From the IMG/VR virus record IMGVR_UViG_3300042386_001406, positions 12,525 to 76,524 of that record: 64,000 nt of DNA, one strand, 5' to 3'. Source of the stretch: a virus. Under the pieces are notes generated by a model. It did no database searches. It saw nothing but the letters and a program-made list of their open reading frames with translations, and was not told where the DNA came from. Shown piece by piece: positions 29,111 to 39,684 of the stretch (positions are counted from its first letter, which is position 1; each line of letters opens with the position of its first letter). The position numbers were made by a program, and so were the translations under genes.

Positions 29111-29530
29111 ATGGGTACTTTTTTAAAAATAGCGCCCCAATACAGTAATGTTACCTTTAACTCTGTAGAAGCAAGTACAATTATCTCTGCTACTTCAGCT
29201 TCATTTTCTTCAGCATCAGGTTACTTTACAGGTACATTTAGTGGATCATTTATTGGTTTACCTACTAGTAGTAATTTAACACCATTTAGTGTCACCGCCT
29301 CTAAAGGTTATTTAACATATACTAATACATCAACTTTAACAATAGTTAACACTGGGTCTACAGACAATATATTATCTATACAAAACTCAACAGGAAGTGC
29401 GTTTACTATTAATAATCAAGGAGTAGCTATTATGAAAGTATGTACAGGCTCAGCACCTACTCCAGTATTAGGTGGTATTTACTTTGATTCTTACGATATG
29501 TATATTGGAATAGAGGACATAGCTCCTTAA
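29111..29530 (+). CDS. Small Ser/Thr-rich virion protein
   Basis: SGS/TGS-rich; paralogous C-terminus. Confidence 0.55.
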   Translation: MGTFLKIAPQYSNVTFNSVEASTIISATSASFSSASGYFTGTFSGSFIGLPTSSNLTPFSVTASKGYLTYTNTSTLTIVNTGSTDNILSIQNSTGSAFTINNQGVAIMKVCTGSAPTPVLGGIYFDSYDMYIGIEDIAP

Positions 29531-29549
29531 AATTAAAATATAAAACGCC

Positions 29550-30527
29550 ATGGCAGGTTGGAAAAAAATAATAGTATCAGGTAGTAACGCGATACTTAAT
29601 CAATTAAATGTTGGAACTAATCAACAAATTAGTACCTCTCCATCAACTACATTTTTAAGTGGTTCATTTAGTGGATCATTTAGTGGTGTTTTTAGTGGTT
29701 CTACCAACTTACCTGACTTAACTCAAGGTACTGGCATTGTGCCATTTATATATGATGGTAATACTACAGCTACAGTAGCTGTTAGTGGTGCCTCTAGTTT
29801 AAATACTAATGCTATTACAAAGTGGACTGGTGATGCATTTGCTAATTCAAGTTTAACAGATAATGGTACTGTAATATCTGGTTCTACTTCAATTGTATTA
29901 ACCGGCGCTAATTCAAGTTTAACTGGTTCATTTAGTGGATCATTCAAAGGTGATGGTTCAGGATTAACTGGCTTAGCAACAACTTTAACTATAACTGGTT
30001 CAAACGGTTCAAGCGGCTCAGTTAGCTTAGTAACTCAAGGTTTAACAATTACAGGTACAGCTAATGAAATTGAAACTTCAGTTTCTAACCAAACTGTAAC
30101 TATTGGATTACCTAATGATATTATTGTTTCAAATGATTTAACTGTATTAGGTGACTTAACAGTTGCTGGTACAGCTAGTTTTAATAACCAAACATCACTT
30201 TTAATAGCTGATAGATTTGCTTTATTAGCTTCTGGTTCTAACACATTAACAGATGGTGGTTTAATTATAAGTTCAGGTCCAGGATTATCAGGTTCAGCTT
30301 GGTATTTAGAATCAACTTCAACTGGTGATTACGGAAGATGGGCTGTAGCTCCAAATGTTAATGCTGGTGAATCATCAGTAACAGCTGATGAATATGCTGT
30401 AACAGCTAAATTATCAGCTACTTCAGCTCCATCAGATGGTACACCTCCAACATGGGGTGGATCAACAAATGGTAAAGGTAATATCTGGATTAAAGAAGAT
30501 ACAGGTGATATTTATATATGGGCTTAA
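29550..30527 (+). CDS. Fibre-type structural protein
   Basis: WKKIIVSGSNA N-terminus shared with 30908; GSFSGSF repeats. Confidence 0.6.
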   Translation: MAGWKKIIVSGSNAILNQLNVGTNQQISTSPSTTFLSGSFSGSFSGVFSGSTNLPDLTQGTGIVPFIYDGNTTATVAVSGASSLNTNAITKWTGDAFANSSLTDNGTVISGSTSIVLTGANSSLTGSFSGSFKGDGSGLTGLATTLTITGSNGSSGSVSLVTQGLTITGTANEIETSVSNQTVTIGLPNDIIVSNDLTVLGDLTVAGTASFNNQTSLLIADRFALLASGSNTLTDGGLIISSGPGLSGSAWYLESTSTGDYGRWAVAPNVNAGESSVTADEYAVTAKLSATSAPSDGTPPTWGGSTNGKGNIWIKEDTGDIYIWA

Positions 30528-30805
30528 TAAATAAAATTACAAATACAGTTATGGGATTTAAGTTTAATAAGGTTTCAATTAAAGGTGAAACAGATAATAA
30601 AGAAAATATAGCAGAAGAGACAATTAAGTCTCAACCTGAAGTGGTTCAACAAGCATTGTTTGAACCACCATCTGTTCATTTAACTAAAGCTGAAGTTGAG
30701 ACATTACTAATCATGGTTCGCCAAGCTTCATTTAAAGGTGAACATGTACAATTAGTATATGATCTTGTTTCAAAACTTCAAAAATACTATACTCAGTTAC
30801 CTTAA
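30518..30805 (+). CDS. Small hypothetical protein (possible fibre chaperone)
   Basis: Helical ORF between fibre genes; start uncertain (30518 or 30551). Confidence 0.5.
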   Translation: MGLINKITNTVMGFKFNKVSIKGETDNKENIAEETIKSQPEVVQQALFEPPSVHLTKAEVETLLIMVRQASFKGEHVQLVYDLVSKLQKYYTQLP

Positions 30806-30819
30806 TTTTTTCATATTTA

Positions 30820-30901
30820 TTACAAATATACTGTTGGCCGAAAGGAAGTAGGCATATACACGGCATAAGTGTATGTATCTAACCACAGTTAAAATTTGTA
30901 A
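30820..30901 (+). ncRNA. Candidate structured 5' leader RNA
   Basis: Nested complementary segments with a CC-GAAA-GG hairpin, between ATATTTAT and the fibre ATG. Confidence 0.45.
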
Positions 30902-30907
30902 TATACT

Positions 30908-33900
30908 ATGCCAAATTGGAAAAAAGTCATTGTTAGTGGCTCAAATGCTACTTTAAACTCTGTAAATGTTACAACAAATGTTGTAGCTCAATCATTCACA
31001 GGCTCCTTACAAGGTACATCAAGTTGGGCTGTAAATGCTTTAACAGCATCTTATGCTGACAACTTCACAGTAGCAGGTACTTTAACAGCCCAAACAATTG
31101 TTGTCCAAACAATAACTTCCAGTACAGACTATGTTACTGGTTCAACCATATTTGGCTCTCAATTATCTAATACCCATCAGTTTACAGGTAGTGTATCAAT
31201 TACAGGTTCATTAACTGTTAATGGAGTAAGTAACTTAACAGCATCAAATGCTATAACAGCATCTTATGCTATAAATGCTTTAACAGCATCATACGCTTTA
31301 ACTGCTTCATTTTCTCAAAATGCTCAAACAGCATCTAATATTCAAGGTGGTGCTACTAACTATATACCTGTATTTAAAACACCTACCTCATTATCTAGTA
31401 GTGTAGTATATCAATCAGGATCTCACATTGGTATTAACATAACTAACTTTACAAGTGGTGACCCTGAAGCATTATATGTTTTCCAAACACATCCTACATC
31501 ATTCAATGTTATAACAGGTAAAGGTAACTCAAATAACTACTTACAACTTAACATACAAAATACTAACACTGGTACCACTGCTTCTTCAGATATTGTAGCT
31601 ACAGCAGACAACGGTACTGAAACTAGTAATTATATTGATATGGGTATCAATGGATCTAATTTCTCAGGTCCAATTGGTGATCCAAATGATGCTTATTTAT
31701 ATTCTGCAGGTAATCACTTACATATTGGTAATATAACACCTGGCCAACCATTACAATTCTTTGTTGGAGGTGATGATACCAATTTAAATAGAAAATTACA
31801 ATTAAACGATAATAACCAGCATAACATGACTGGTTCGTTAAATGTAAGTGGAAGCATTACAGCGTTTAGTTTTACAGGTTCACTACAAGGTACATCTAGT
31901 TGGGCTGAAAATGCTATAACAGCCTCTCACGCTGTAAATGCTTTAAGTGCCTCATATGCTTTAAACGCTACAAATGCTATAAGTGCATCATATGCTATAA
32001 GCGCCTCTCATGCTAACAACGCTACTAGTGCATCATATGCCTTAAATGCTACAAATGCCTCTACAGCATCATATGTTTTAAACGCAGTATCAGCATCATT
32101 TGCTACTACAGCTATAACTGCGTCATATGCTGATAATTTCACAGTAGCAGGTACATTAACTGCTCAAACTATTGTAGTTCAAACAATAACTTCATCTACT
32201 GATTATGTTACTGGTTCAACTATATTTGGTTCTTTACTCTCTAATACTCATCAGTTTACAGGATCTGTAAGTATAACAGGTTCATTATCTGTAAATGGTT
32301 CAAATGTAATTCTTACTAACCAGACATCTTCAATGACTGTGTTAAGTAGTAGTTATGCTATTTCAGCATCATATGCTATAAATGCTGATTTCTTAGATGG
32401 ACAAAATGGTTCAGCATTTGCAACTACTGGTTCAAATATCTTTATTGGTAATCAAACAGTAACTGGTAGTTTATTTACTAATGGATCAAATACATTAGTT
32501 GGTTCTACTACATTAACTGGTAGTTTAAATATAACTGGATCTACTACTCAAACAGGTAATAATACTTTAATTGGTAATACAACATTATCAGGTAGTATTA
32601 TAATATCAGGATCTACTGGACCTGGTGCTGCAACAGCATCAGTACAAATATATGGTGATATTAGACAAACAGGTTATCATAGATTTGATCCTGTAACTAC
32701 AAATATAGATACTTCAATAACTGCATCTTATATTTTTGTAAGTGGATCTACAAACGACTTATATTTTTCTCAAAATAGTGCTGGGTATAGTAACGTAACT
32801 CGTTTACGTTGGTTAGAAGGTAACTTATATACTGGTTTATTAAATGGAGGTTTAATTACAGCTGCTACAGGATCTACTGTTTATCAAGTAAGTAGTGGTA
32901 GTGGTATTATTGTAAACTTAAATGCATCATTAAATGATAATCCGTACCCAACTATTCAGTATCTTAACTGGGGTAATTTATCAGCTAGTATTGCTCCTTT
33001 AACAGCATCATATCAACAAGCTTTCGTTTCTATTGATTCAAGTGGTAATATTTACCAACAAGGAACACCTTATGCCGCAGGACAATTTGACACAGAAATT
33101 AACATAGGTGTTGTATTATTTCAAAACGGATCTACAATTAACGGTGTTAAAACACAGCCTACTGTAGCATACGGTTTTGAACAACAACAAAATATATTTA
33201 ATAGAGCATTTGGACCTTTAAAATTATCAGGATATACTTTAGCACCAAGTGGCTCTTCAACAGGTAGTTTAATAGTAGCAAGCGGTACAGCTTACTCACC
33301 TGGTTCTAACTATCCTATAGATCCAAATAATCCATCCTACACTACTGATAGTGGAACTAATGTATCTAAAATCTTTAGATATAGACAATCAGGTTCTACT
33401 TGGGTATATGATACAAATGCCGGTTTAGGATATGGTGCAATAGACCCAACACAATACTCAGATAATGGTGTACTAACAGCAGTACCAGGAACGGGTATTA
33501 ATAGAGAATTTTCTATTCAAAGAGTATTTTATTTCCCTAACTCAGTTGCAAAAGCTATAGTCGTTTATTATGGTAATGCTACATATGCAAGTCTAGTAGA
33601 TGCAACATCAAATATTGCTTTTGAATCGTTTGTTGAAGCACCAAATACAGCAGCAAACGCAATCTATTTAGGAGCAATTATTGTAAGAAATGACGCTAAT
33701 TTTACAGTTACTGACTCATATGCTATTCAGGCAGGAGGTCTATTTAGATCAGTAGGAGGATCAGGAGGTGGAGGATCAACAATAACTCAAACTCTATCCA
33801 GTTTATCTGATGTACTAATCTCAGGACCTACAAATGGTCAAGCATTAGTTTATGATACAACTGCTGCTAAATGGAGAAACTTATCATCTATTAGTGCTTC

Positions 33901-35284
33901 TATTTCAGGAAACGCTGCTACAGCAACAACAGCATCTTATGCTTTTACTGCCTCATTTGCTCAAAATGCTCAAACAGCATCATATGCTTTAACTGCTACA
34001 AGCGCCTCATATGCTTTAAATGCTCTAAGTGCTTCATATGCTTTAAATGCTACAACCGCCTCTCACGCTGTAAATACATTAAGTGCATCATATGCCTTAA
34101 CTGCTACAACATCATCCCACGCTATAAGTGCTTTAAGCGCATCATATGCCTTAACTGCTACAAGTGCATCATATGCAGCTACCGCCTCATCAGCAGATAA
34201 CTTTACCGTTAGAGGTACTTTAACTGCTCAAACAATTGTAGTCCAAACTATTACATCATCTACTGACTTTGTAACTGGCTCTACACGCTTTGGAAGCTTA
34301 TTATCAAACACTCACCAATTCACTGGTAGTGTTAGTATAACTGGAAGTTTAACTGCTATAGGAAATACTAATATTACTGGTTCTTTAGGAGTAACTTCAA
34401 CTGTATCAGCTTCACTTATATATCAGTCTCCAAACACAGGTAATGCTTTTACATCATTAGCAAGCAGTGGAAATACTGCTTTAGTTACTATTTCTAGTAC
34501 AGGAGCTACCATCAACATGGGTAGAGTAGGAGCAATAGGTTTACTTGCTAACTCTACTGATGGTGGTATTATAATGAATGATGGAGCATATCTTGGAGTA
34601 TCATCAGGCACACTTAGAATTGGTAGTAACCTTGCTGCTAATAATGTTGTCATAGGTAATTTTGCTGGTTCAACAGCAACAATAAATGGTAATACTACTA
34701 TAAGTGGTTCACTAACAGTATTCACAGGTAGCGCAGTTGAATTCCAAGTCACAAATACTGGTGTTAAAATAGGTAATATAATTACCGATGTTCATACAGT
34801 AACAGGTTCATTAAATATCAGTGGAAGCGTAACCGCAACTAACTTTACAGGCAGTTTGTTTGGTACTGCAAGTTGGGCTAATAATGCTACTACAGCATCA
34901 TACGTTTTAAATGCTGTAAGTGCATCGTTTGCATCTACTGCCTCAACAGCGAATAATGGGTTTACTATTGGTATCACACAAACATACACCAATACAGTAG
35001 CATCATCAGTAGTAGGTTCAAATAATGTATTTACTCAAACAACAGGTTCTTACACATCCGCTTTCTACAAATACACTGTGTCAAATGGTGCTAATGCTAG
35101 ATCAGGTGAAGTAATAGCTGTATGGAATGGATCTTCAGCTCAATATACTGATTATTCAACATTAGATATTGGATCAACATCAGGTGTTACACCATCAGTT
35201 TCTGTGGTTGGCTCAGATATTTTATTTAACATTACTACAGGTACATCAGGATGGAGATTAAAATCAACAGTAACTTATTTATAA
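30908..35284 (+). CDS. Long Ser/Thr/Ala-rich tail fibre-like protein (1458 aa)
   Basis: ASYA repeats and three copies of a ~55-aa [15 protein letters not shown] module. Confidence 0.75.
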   Translation: MPNWKKVIVSGSNATLNSVNVTTNVVAQSFTGSLQGTSSWAVNALTASYADNFTVAGTLTAQTIVVQTITSSTDYVTGSTIFGSQLSNTHQFTGSVSITGSLTVNGVSNLTASNAITASYAINALTASYALTASFSQNAQTASNIQGGATNYIPVFKTPTSLSSSVVYQSGSHIGINITNFTSGDPEALYVFQTHPTSFNVITGKGNSNNYLQLNIQNTNTGTTASSDIVATADNGTETSNYIDMGINGSNFSGPIGDPNDAYLYSAGNHLHIGNITPGQPLQFFVGGDDTNLNRKLQLNDNNQHNMTGSLNVSGSITAFSFTGSLQGTSSWAENAITASHAVNALSASYALNATNAISASYAISASHANNATSASYALNATNASTASYVLNAVSASFATTAITASYADNFTVAGTLTAQTIVVQTITSSTDYVTGSTIFGSLLSNTHQFTGSVSITGSLSVNGSNVILTNQTSSMTVLSSSYAISASYAINADFLDGQNGSAFATTGSNIFIGNQTVTGSLFTNGSNTLVGSTTLTGSLNITGSTTQTGNNTLIGNTTLSGSIIISGSTGPGAATASVQIYGDIRQTGYHRFDPVTTNIDTSITASYIFVSGSTNDLYFSQNSAGYSNVTRLRWLEGNLYTGLLNGGLITAATGSTVYQVSSGSGIIVNLNASLNDNPYPTIQYLNWGNLSASIAPLTASYQQAFVSIDSSGNIYQQGTPYAAGQFDTEINIGVVLFQNGSTINGVKTQPTVAYGFEQQQNIFNRAFGPLKLSGYTLAPSGSSTGSLIVASGTAYSPGSNYPIDPNNPSYTTDSGTNVSKIFRYRQSGSTWVYDTNAGLGYGAIDPTQYSDNGVLTAVPGTGINREFSIQRVFYFPNSVAKAIVVYYGNATYASLVDATSNIAFESFVEAPNTAANAIYLGAIIVRNDANFTVTDSYAIQAGGLFRSVGGSGGGGSTITQTLSSLSDVLISGPTNGQALVYDTTAAKWRNLSSISASISGNAATATTASYAFTASFAQNAQTASYALTATSASYALNALSASYALNATTASHAVNTLSASYALTATTSSHAISALSASYALTATSASYAATASSADNFTVRGTLTAQTIVVQTITSSTDFVTGSTRFGSLLSNTHQFTGSVSITGSLTAIGNTNITGSLGVTSTVSASLIYQSPNTGNAFTSLASSGNTALVTISSTGATINMGRVGAIGLLANSTDGGIIMNDGAYLGVSSGTLRIGSNLAANNVVIGNFAGSTATINGNTTISGSLTVFTGSAVEFQVTNTGVKIGNIITDVHTVTGSLNISGSVTATNFTGSLFGTASWANNATTASYVLNAVSASFASTASTANNGFTIGITQTYTNTVASSVVGSNNVFTQTTGSYTSAFYKYTVSNGANARSGEVIAVWNGSSAQYTDYSTLDIGSTSGVTPSVSVVGSDILFNITTGTSGWRLKSTVTYL

Positions 35285-35296
35285 AAATATTAAATT

Positions 35297-35470
35297 ATGT
35301 TTGAAGTACAAATGCAATTTATCCCAGGAAATGATATGATTTGGGTTGCTAGATTAAATCCAGATGATCCTATCTATCAATATGATAATGAAGCTGAAAC
35401 ACAAGCTAAAGCTGATGAATTACAAGCTAATGATCCAACAGGTAGAAAATATAGAGTAGTAAAAATATAA
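35297..35470 (+). CDS. 57-aa hypothetical protein (not in the ORF track)
   Basis: Translated by hand: MFEVQMQFIPGNDMIWVARLNPDDPIYQY...GRKYRVVKI; fills the gap. Confidence 0.7.
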   Translation: MFEVQMQFIPGNDMIWVARLNPDDPIYQYDNEAETQAKADELQANDPTGRKYRVVKI

Positions 35471-35476
35471 TTATTT

Positions 35477-36187
35477 ATGGGATTAAATTATGGACCAGTG
35501 TATACAAGTGTTTCCCAAATTAAGGGACCATCTGGATGGTACAATGTCCGAATAAATGGAGTTGTGGTTATTGTTTATGTAAATCAAACTTATAGTGGAG
35601 GCGGATGGGTGATGGTATTAGCAAATAGTGCTAGTACTGGAGGAATGAATAATTTAACATACACTAACGCAGTGTCAGGAGTTAATTATAGATTAAGTGG
35701 AACAACAGTGACACCTGAGAGTCGTATAAATACTTCTTTAGCTAGCACTAATTGCTGGATTGGAGTAAGCTATTGGTTTGCTTTAGCAGGTAGATTAACA
35801 TCAAATACTGTGACAGTATCTCAATTTGTATCTACTGTCAATGGTGATAGTATAGGTGGATCTAATACAAAACGATATAGATGGAGTTTTAATAGTTTTA
35901 ACGCTACATATGGAATGGGAGGTGTAACAGCTATAAGTGATGAAACTGGAACTGGATCTCCTGGTTTTTATAGTTATCATGCCGCTAATGGATTTTCATT
36001 AACAACTTATGATAATGATCAAGACGTTTATGGAGCTAACTGTTCTAATTTATATAATAATAATCCTTTCTGGTATGGTGCTTGTTGGTCAGGAAACTAT
36101 TTTGCAGGTGGAGGTTATGCTGATGCCCCTTATTGGGATGGTTCAGGAGGAGATTATCATAACTACGGAGCAGTATATATAAAATAA
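35477..36187 (+). CDS. Fibrinogen C-terminal-like domain protein
   Basis: GGGWVMV and F.LTTYDNDQD...NC......FWYGACW signature. Confidence 0.7.
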   Translation: MGLNYGPVYTSVSQIKGPSGWYNVRINGVVVIVYVNQTYSGGGWVMVLANSASTGGMNNLTYTNAVSGVNYRLSGTTVTPESRINTSLASTNCWIGVSYWFALAGRLTSNTVTVSQFVSTVNGDSIGGSNTKRYRWSFNSFNATYGMGGVTAISDETGTGSPGFYSYHAANGFSLTTYDNDQDVYGANCSNLYNNNPFWYGACWSGNYFAGGGYADAPYWDGSGGDYHNYGAVYIK

Positions 36188-36191
36188 AAAT

Positions 36192-36416
36192 ATGGGAAAT
36201 TTATCATTACCACCAATGAAATTAATAATGTCTTTAAACCAAGATAATACTTGGAATAAGATTGTAACTTATATATCTGATGGAAGTGTTGTGTCTGAAG
36301 AATTAAATTTATTTTTATCACCAGATGATATGAATAAAGAATATTTTGATACTTGGGAAACTCAAATGAAGTCTCTCCCTCTTTATAATATTGTTGAAGT
36401 AGAAAGATTTATATAA
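36192..36416 (+). CDS. Small hypothetical protein
   Basis: Tightly packed + strand ORF. Confidence 0.5.
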   Translation: MGNLSLPPMKLIMSLNQDNTWNKIVTYISDGSVVSEELNLFLSPDDMNKEYFDTWETQMKSLPLYNIVEVERFI

Positions 36417-36417
36417 T

Positions 36418-37053
36418 ATGCCAATAGCATCAGGACCAAATATAACAACAGACGGATTAATACTAGTATGGGATGCAGCTGACAAAAACTCATACCCGGG
36501 ATCAGGTACTACTATATACGATGTAAGTGGAAATGGATACCATGGAACTTTATATAATGGAGTAGGATATAGTACAGCAAATGGAGGTGTGTTAGTATTT
36601 GATGGTTCAAATGATTATGTGTTTGGTGGTCCTAATATGTCTTCAACTAATTACACTGTTATAGGAGCTGCTAAATACGTCTCTATAAGTGGTAGAGTAA
36701 TAGCAGGAGCAAATAACTGGTTATTAGGACACTGGGCCGGTTACACAAACGATCATTACGCTGAAGGATGGGTTTATTATAATCCTTCTATTTCAAATAC
36801 AGCATGGGCAATATATACTGCTACAGGAAATATAGGTGCAGATAGCTATGGGTTTTATATGAACAATGTTTTATTAGCTCAAAATAATGGAGGTTCACAA
36901 GGACCTAATGGAATATCACTTGGTGCTGGAGGAGCTGGTGGATATGAATTTAGTAATGCACAAGTTAGTTTTATATATGTTTACAACCGTGTATTAACAA
37001 CAGAAGAAATAACTCAAGTATATAATACACATAAAACACGTTACAATTTATAG
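36418..37053 (+). CDS. LamG/concanavalin A-like lectin domain protein
   Basis: DGLIL.WDAA..NSYPGSGT, FDGSNDY, YNRVLT..EI.Q.YN..KTRY. Confidence 0.75.
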   Translation: MPIASGPNITTDGLILVWDAADKNSYPGSGTTIYDVSGNGYHGTLYNGVGYSTANGGVLVFDGSNDYVFGGPNMSSTNYTVIGAAKYVSISGRVIAGANNWLLGHWAGYTNDHYAEGWVYYNPSISNTAWAIYTATGNIGADSYGFYMNNVLLAQNNGGSQGPNGISLGAGGAGGYEFSNAQVSFIYVYNRVLTTEEITQVYNTHKTRYNL

Positions 37054-37057
37054 TAAT

Positions 37058-38596
37058 ATGGCAGTAGGAACAGGATATAGCAAAATAATAACAGATGGGT
37101 TAGTATATGCCCATGATGTATCTGATGTTTTAAACTCATACATAGGAGAACCTACTACAAATCTTATACCAGATGCCCCTAACAATGGTCAATTTACATT
37201 ATCTAATAGTTGGGCTACTTATAACACAAACCAATATTGTGGAAATAATGGATGTGGAACATATTGGGCTATACCTGCTATTGCTAGTGTGTCAAACAAT
37301 ATTGTTACAACAGTAAGTGCTCACCAAATTAGAACATATGATGTTATTCAACCAAACGCTACAGGTGGTGGTGTAAATGCAGGCCAAAACTATTTTGCAA
37401 AGAAAATATCTGACACACAATTTTCTCTTCATGAATATAATGGATCACAAGATGGATCTCAAGGATATATAAATTCAGCTACATTGTTGCCTAAAGTATG
37501 GGACAGCATAGGATATGATCAAAGAGTATCAGTTAATGCTTCCAGTTTCCCTACAGGATGGTGGGGTTATCCTCACTTACCAAATTCAGGTTTGGTTAAA
37601 GAAGTAGTATCAGGAGGTGGAAGAAGACCAGGAACAAACTGTATGAGATTTAATGTATGGAGAGGAGATGGAGTAGCAGATGGTATGGCTTATGGAGTTT
37701 ATACCCCAGTAACAGCCGGAGATATTATTACTGTTTCCTTCTACGCAAGAGCTGCTACGCCAACGGCTGTTGGTAAAGGAGGATATTATTCAACATATTT
37801 TGGAGGATATGGATCTGGTGGCGGATCATGGGTTACTGGAGCTTATGGAGAATGGGTAAGAAATGTATTTACTTGGACAGCATCAGTGACATTTAGTTTT
37901 TATTCATATTTCTTCCCAGATGGATCTGGAGATCGATACTCTATGGATATAGCAGATTTACAAGTTGAAGTAAATAAAGGACATGCTACTCCATTTACAA
38001 CAGGAACTAGATCTAATACACAAGCATTATTAGACATATCAAGTAAAAATAATACTTTAACTTTAAATAATTTGTCTTATGATAGTAATGCTCAATTCTT
38101 TTTTGATGGAACTGATGATGATATAAGAACATTAGTGAGCAATTCAAAAACTAATGTAACTATGGAAGGAATAGTATATGTTAATTTAGGTACAATAGGA
38201 ACTTTTTTAAGTAATGGAGATGATCCTGGAGGATATTGTATAGGAATAGGACAATATTTTGGTAGTACTGATAATCAAATAGTAGCATTATTTGGTTATG
38301 TCAGATGGATTTTAACAGGAGTTTATTACCAATATACAGGTTATCATCATATAGTGATGACTCTAGATAGTACTTCAACTCCTTCAATATACATTAATGG
38401 AAATCTTATAGGAACATACCCTGGTTCAGCACCTAATAATATATCAGCAGGTACAGGTTTTTGTTTAGGTTCACAATGGGGTATTAGATATGCTAATACA
38501 AGAATACCTGTGGCAAAATTTTATGATAGTGCTCTAACAGCAGCAGAAATACGTGACAACTACTCTCACTACAAAACTCGCTTTAATCTACCATAA
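37058..38596 (+). CDS. LamG-like protein with inserted extra domains
   Basis: LamG-type termini; FDGTDD; YDSALTAAEI..NY...KTRF. Confidence 0.7.
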   Translation: MAVGTGYSKIITDGLVYAHDVSDVLNSYIGEPTTNLIPDAPNNGQFTLSNSWATYNTNQYCGNNGCGTYWAIPAIASVSNNIVTTVSAHQIRTYDVIQPNATGGGVNAGQNYFAKKISDTQFSLHEYNGSQDGSQGYINSATLLPKVWDSIGYDQRVSVNASSFPTGWWGYPHLPNSGLVKEVVSGGGRRPGTNCMRFNVWRGDGVADGMAYGVYTPVTAGDIITVSFYARAATPTAVGKGGYYSTYFGGYGSGGGSWVTGAYGEWVRNVFTWTASVTFSFYSYFFPDGSGDRYSMDIADLQVEVNKGHATPFTTGTRSNTQALLDISSKNNTLTLNNLSYDSNAQFFFDGTDDDIRTLVSNSKTNVTMEGIVYVNLGTIGTFLSNGDDPGGYCIGIGQYFGSTDNQIVALFGYVRWILTGVYYQYTGYHHIVMTLDSTSTPSIYINGNLIGTYPGSAPNNISAGTGFCLGSQWGIRYANTRIPVAKFYDSALTAAEIRDNYSHYKTRFNLP

Positions 38597-38607
38597 TATT
38601 TATTTAC

Positions 38608-38955
38608 ATGACAGATAATTTATACCCAGATCGCCGTTGGTTAGTAATACCAACAACAATTACAAATTCAATTGATTTTAATCAAGTTGAAGAATCATCT
38701 ATTGACACACTACGTTTGTCTATAGATAAATCAGAGACATTTGTGAAATATCCTGTCACTGTAGTTACAGCATCTTACACACAATCTTATTGGAATCCTG
38801 AAACAATGGAATCAGGAAGCTACATAGTAGAAGCAGGAACATATGGACGTCCAGATATATATTCTCCAGCATATCCAGAATATGAATATCCACCAATGCT
38901 TGAATTATTAGCTACACCAGCTTGGACTTCAGGTAGTATGCCAACAACAATATAA
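38608..38955 (+). CDS. Small virion-associated protein, paralogue of 41129
   Basis: IDFNQVEESS.DTLR.SID.S.TFVK..LATPAW. Confidence 0.65.
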   Translation: MTDNLYPDRRWLVIPTTITNSIDFNQVEESSIDTLRLSIDKSETFVKYPVTVVTASYTQSYWNPETMESGSYIVEAGTYGRPDIYSPAYPEYEYPPMLELLATPAWTSGSMPTTI

Positions 38956-38966
38956 AATTTTAAGTT

Positions 38967-39671
38967 ATGGCATTTACCAATGGACCAAAAATAGGAGGAA
39001 TAACATTAAATCGTCAATACTTTCAAGACCCAGTATTAGGTAAATCTTTTACTGGAGGAACTACTACTACTAATTTAGTAGAAAATTCATCATATAACGC
39101 CGCTAACGCAACTGGTAAATTAACTAATGGTACTTATTTTTCATCATTAGGAGCTGGTTCTTTTTATTTTGATGGAAGTGATGATCAGATTAGATATGAT
39201 CAAGGAGCTAACACTTATGATCCTTTATTGTTACCTACTGTTTGTACAGTTTATGCTTGGGTATATCCTTTGTCTTCAACAGGAGGTATATTTTCACATT
39301 GGAGTGGAGGACCAGTAAATTTAGGATATTGGATAAATGGAGGAAAAATAGCTGTTTATCAATATGATGGTGTTTGGACCAATTATGATAGTTCAGGAGC
39401 ATCAGTATCAACAAATGCATGGTCTCAAATTGCTTGGGTTAGATCAAGTTCATCCAGTATGAGTTTATATTTAAATGATAGTTTAAATGGAACTTTAACA
39501 GCTACTTCTCCAAGAGTTTTTGGAGGTGGAAATAATGGTGTGTTAGGATCTTTATGGGGATGGCAGTTTTTTAATGGTTATATGGGTGTATTTATGATAT
39601 ATTTTGAAGCTCATAGTTTATCTCAAGTACAACAAACGTATAACATATTTCGTGATCGTTACGGAGTATAA
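38967..39671 (+). CDS. LamG-like lectin domain protein
   Basis: FDGSDD, NAWSQIAWV, Q.YN..R.RYGV. Confidence 0.7.
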   Translation: MAFTNGPKIGGITLNRQYFQDPVLGKSFTGGTTTTNLVENSSYNAANATGKLTNGTYFSSLGAGSFYFDGSDDQIRYDQGANTYDPLLLPTVCTVYAWVYPLSSTGGIFSHWSGGPVNLGYWINGGKIAVYQYDGVWTNYDSSGASVSTNAWSQIAWVRSSSSSMSLYLNDSLNGTLTATSPRVFGGGNNGVLGSLWGWQFFNGYMGVFMIYFEAHSLSQVQQTYNIFRDRYGV

Positions 39672-39684
39672 AACAAATTAATAA

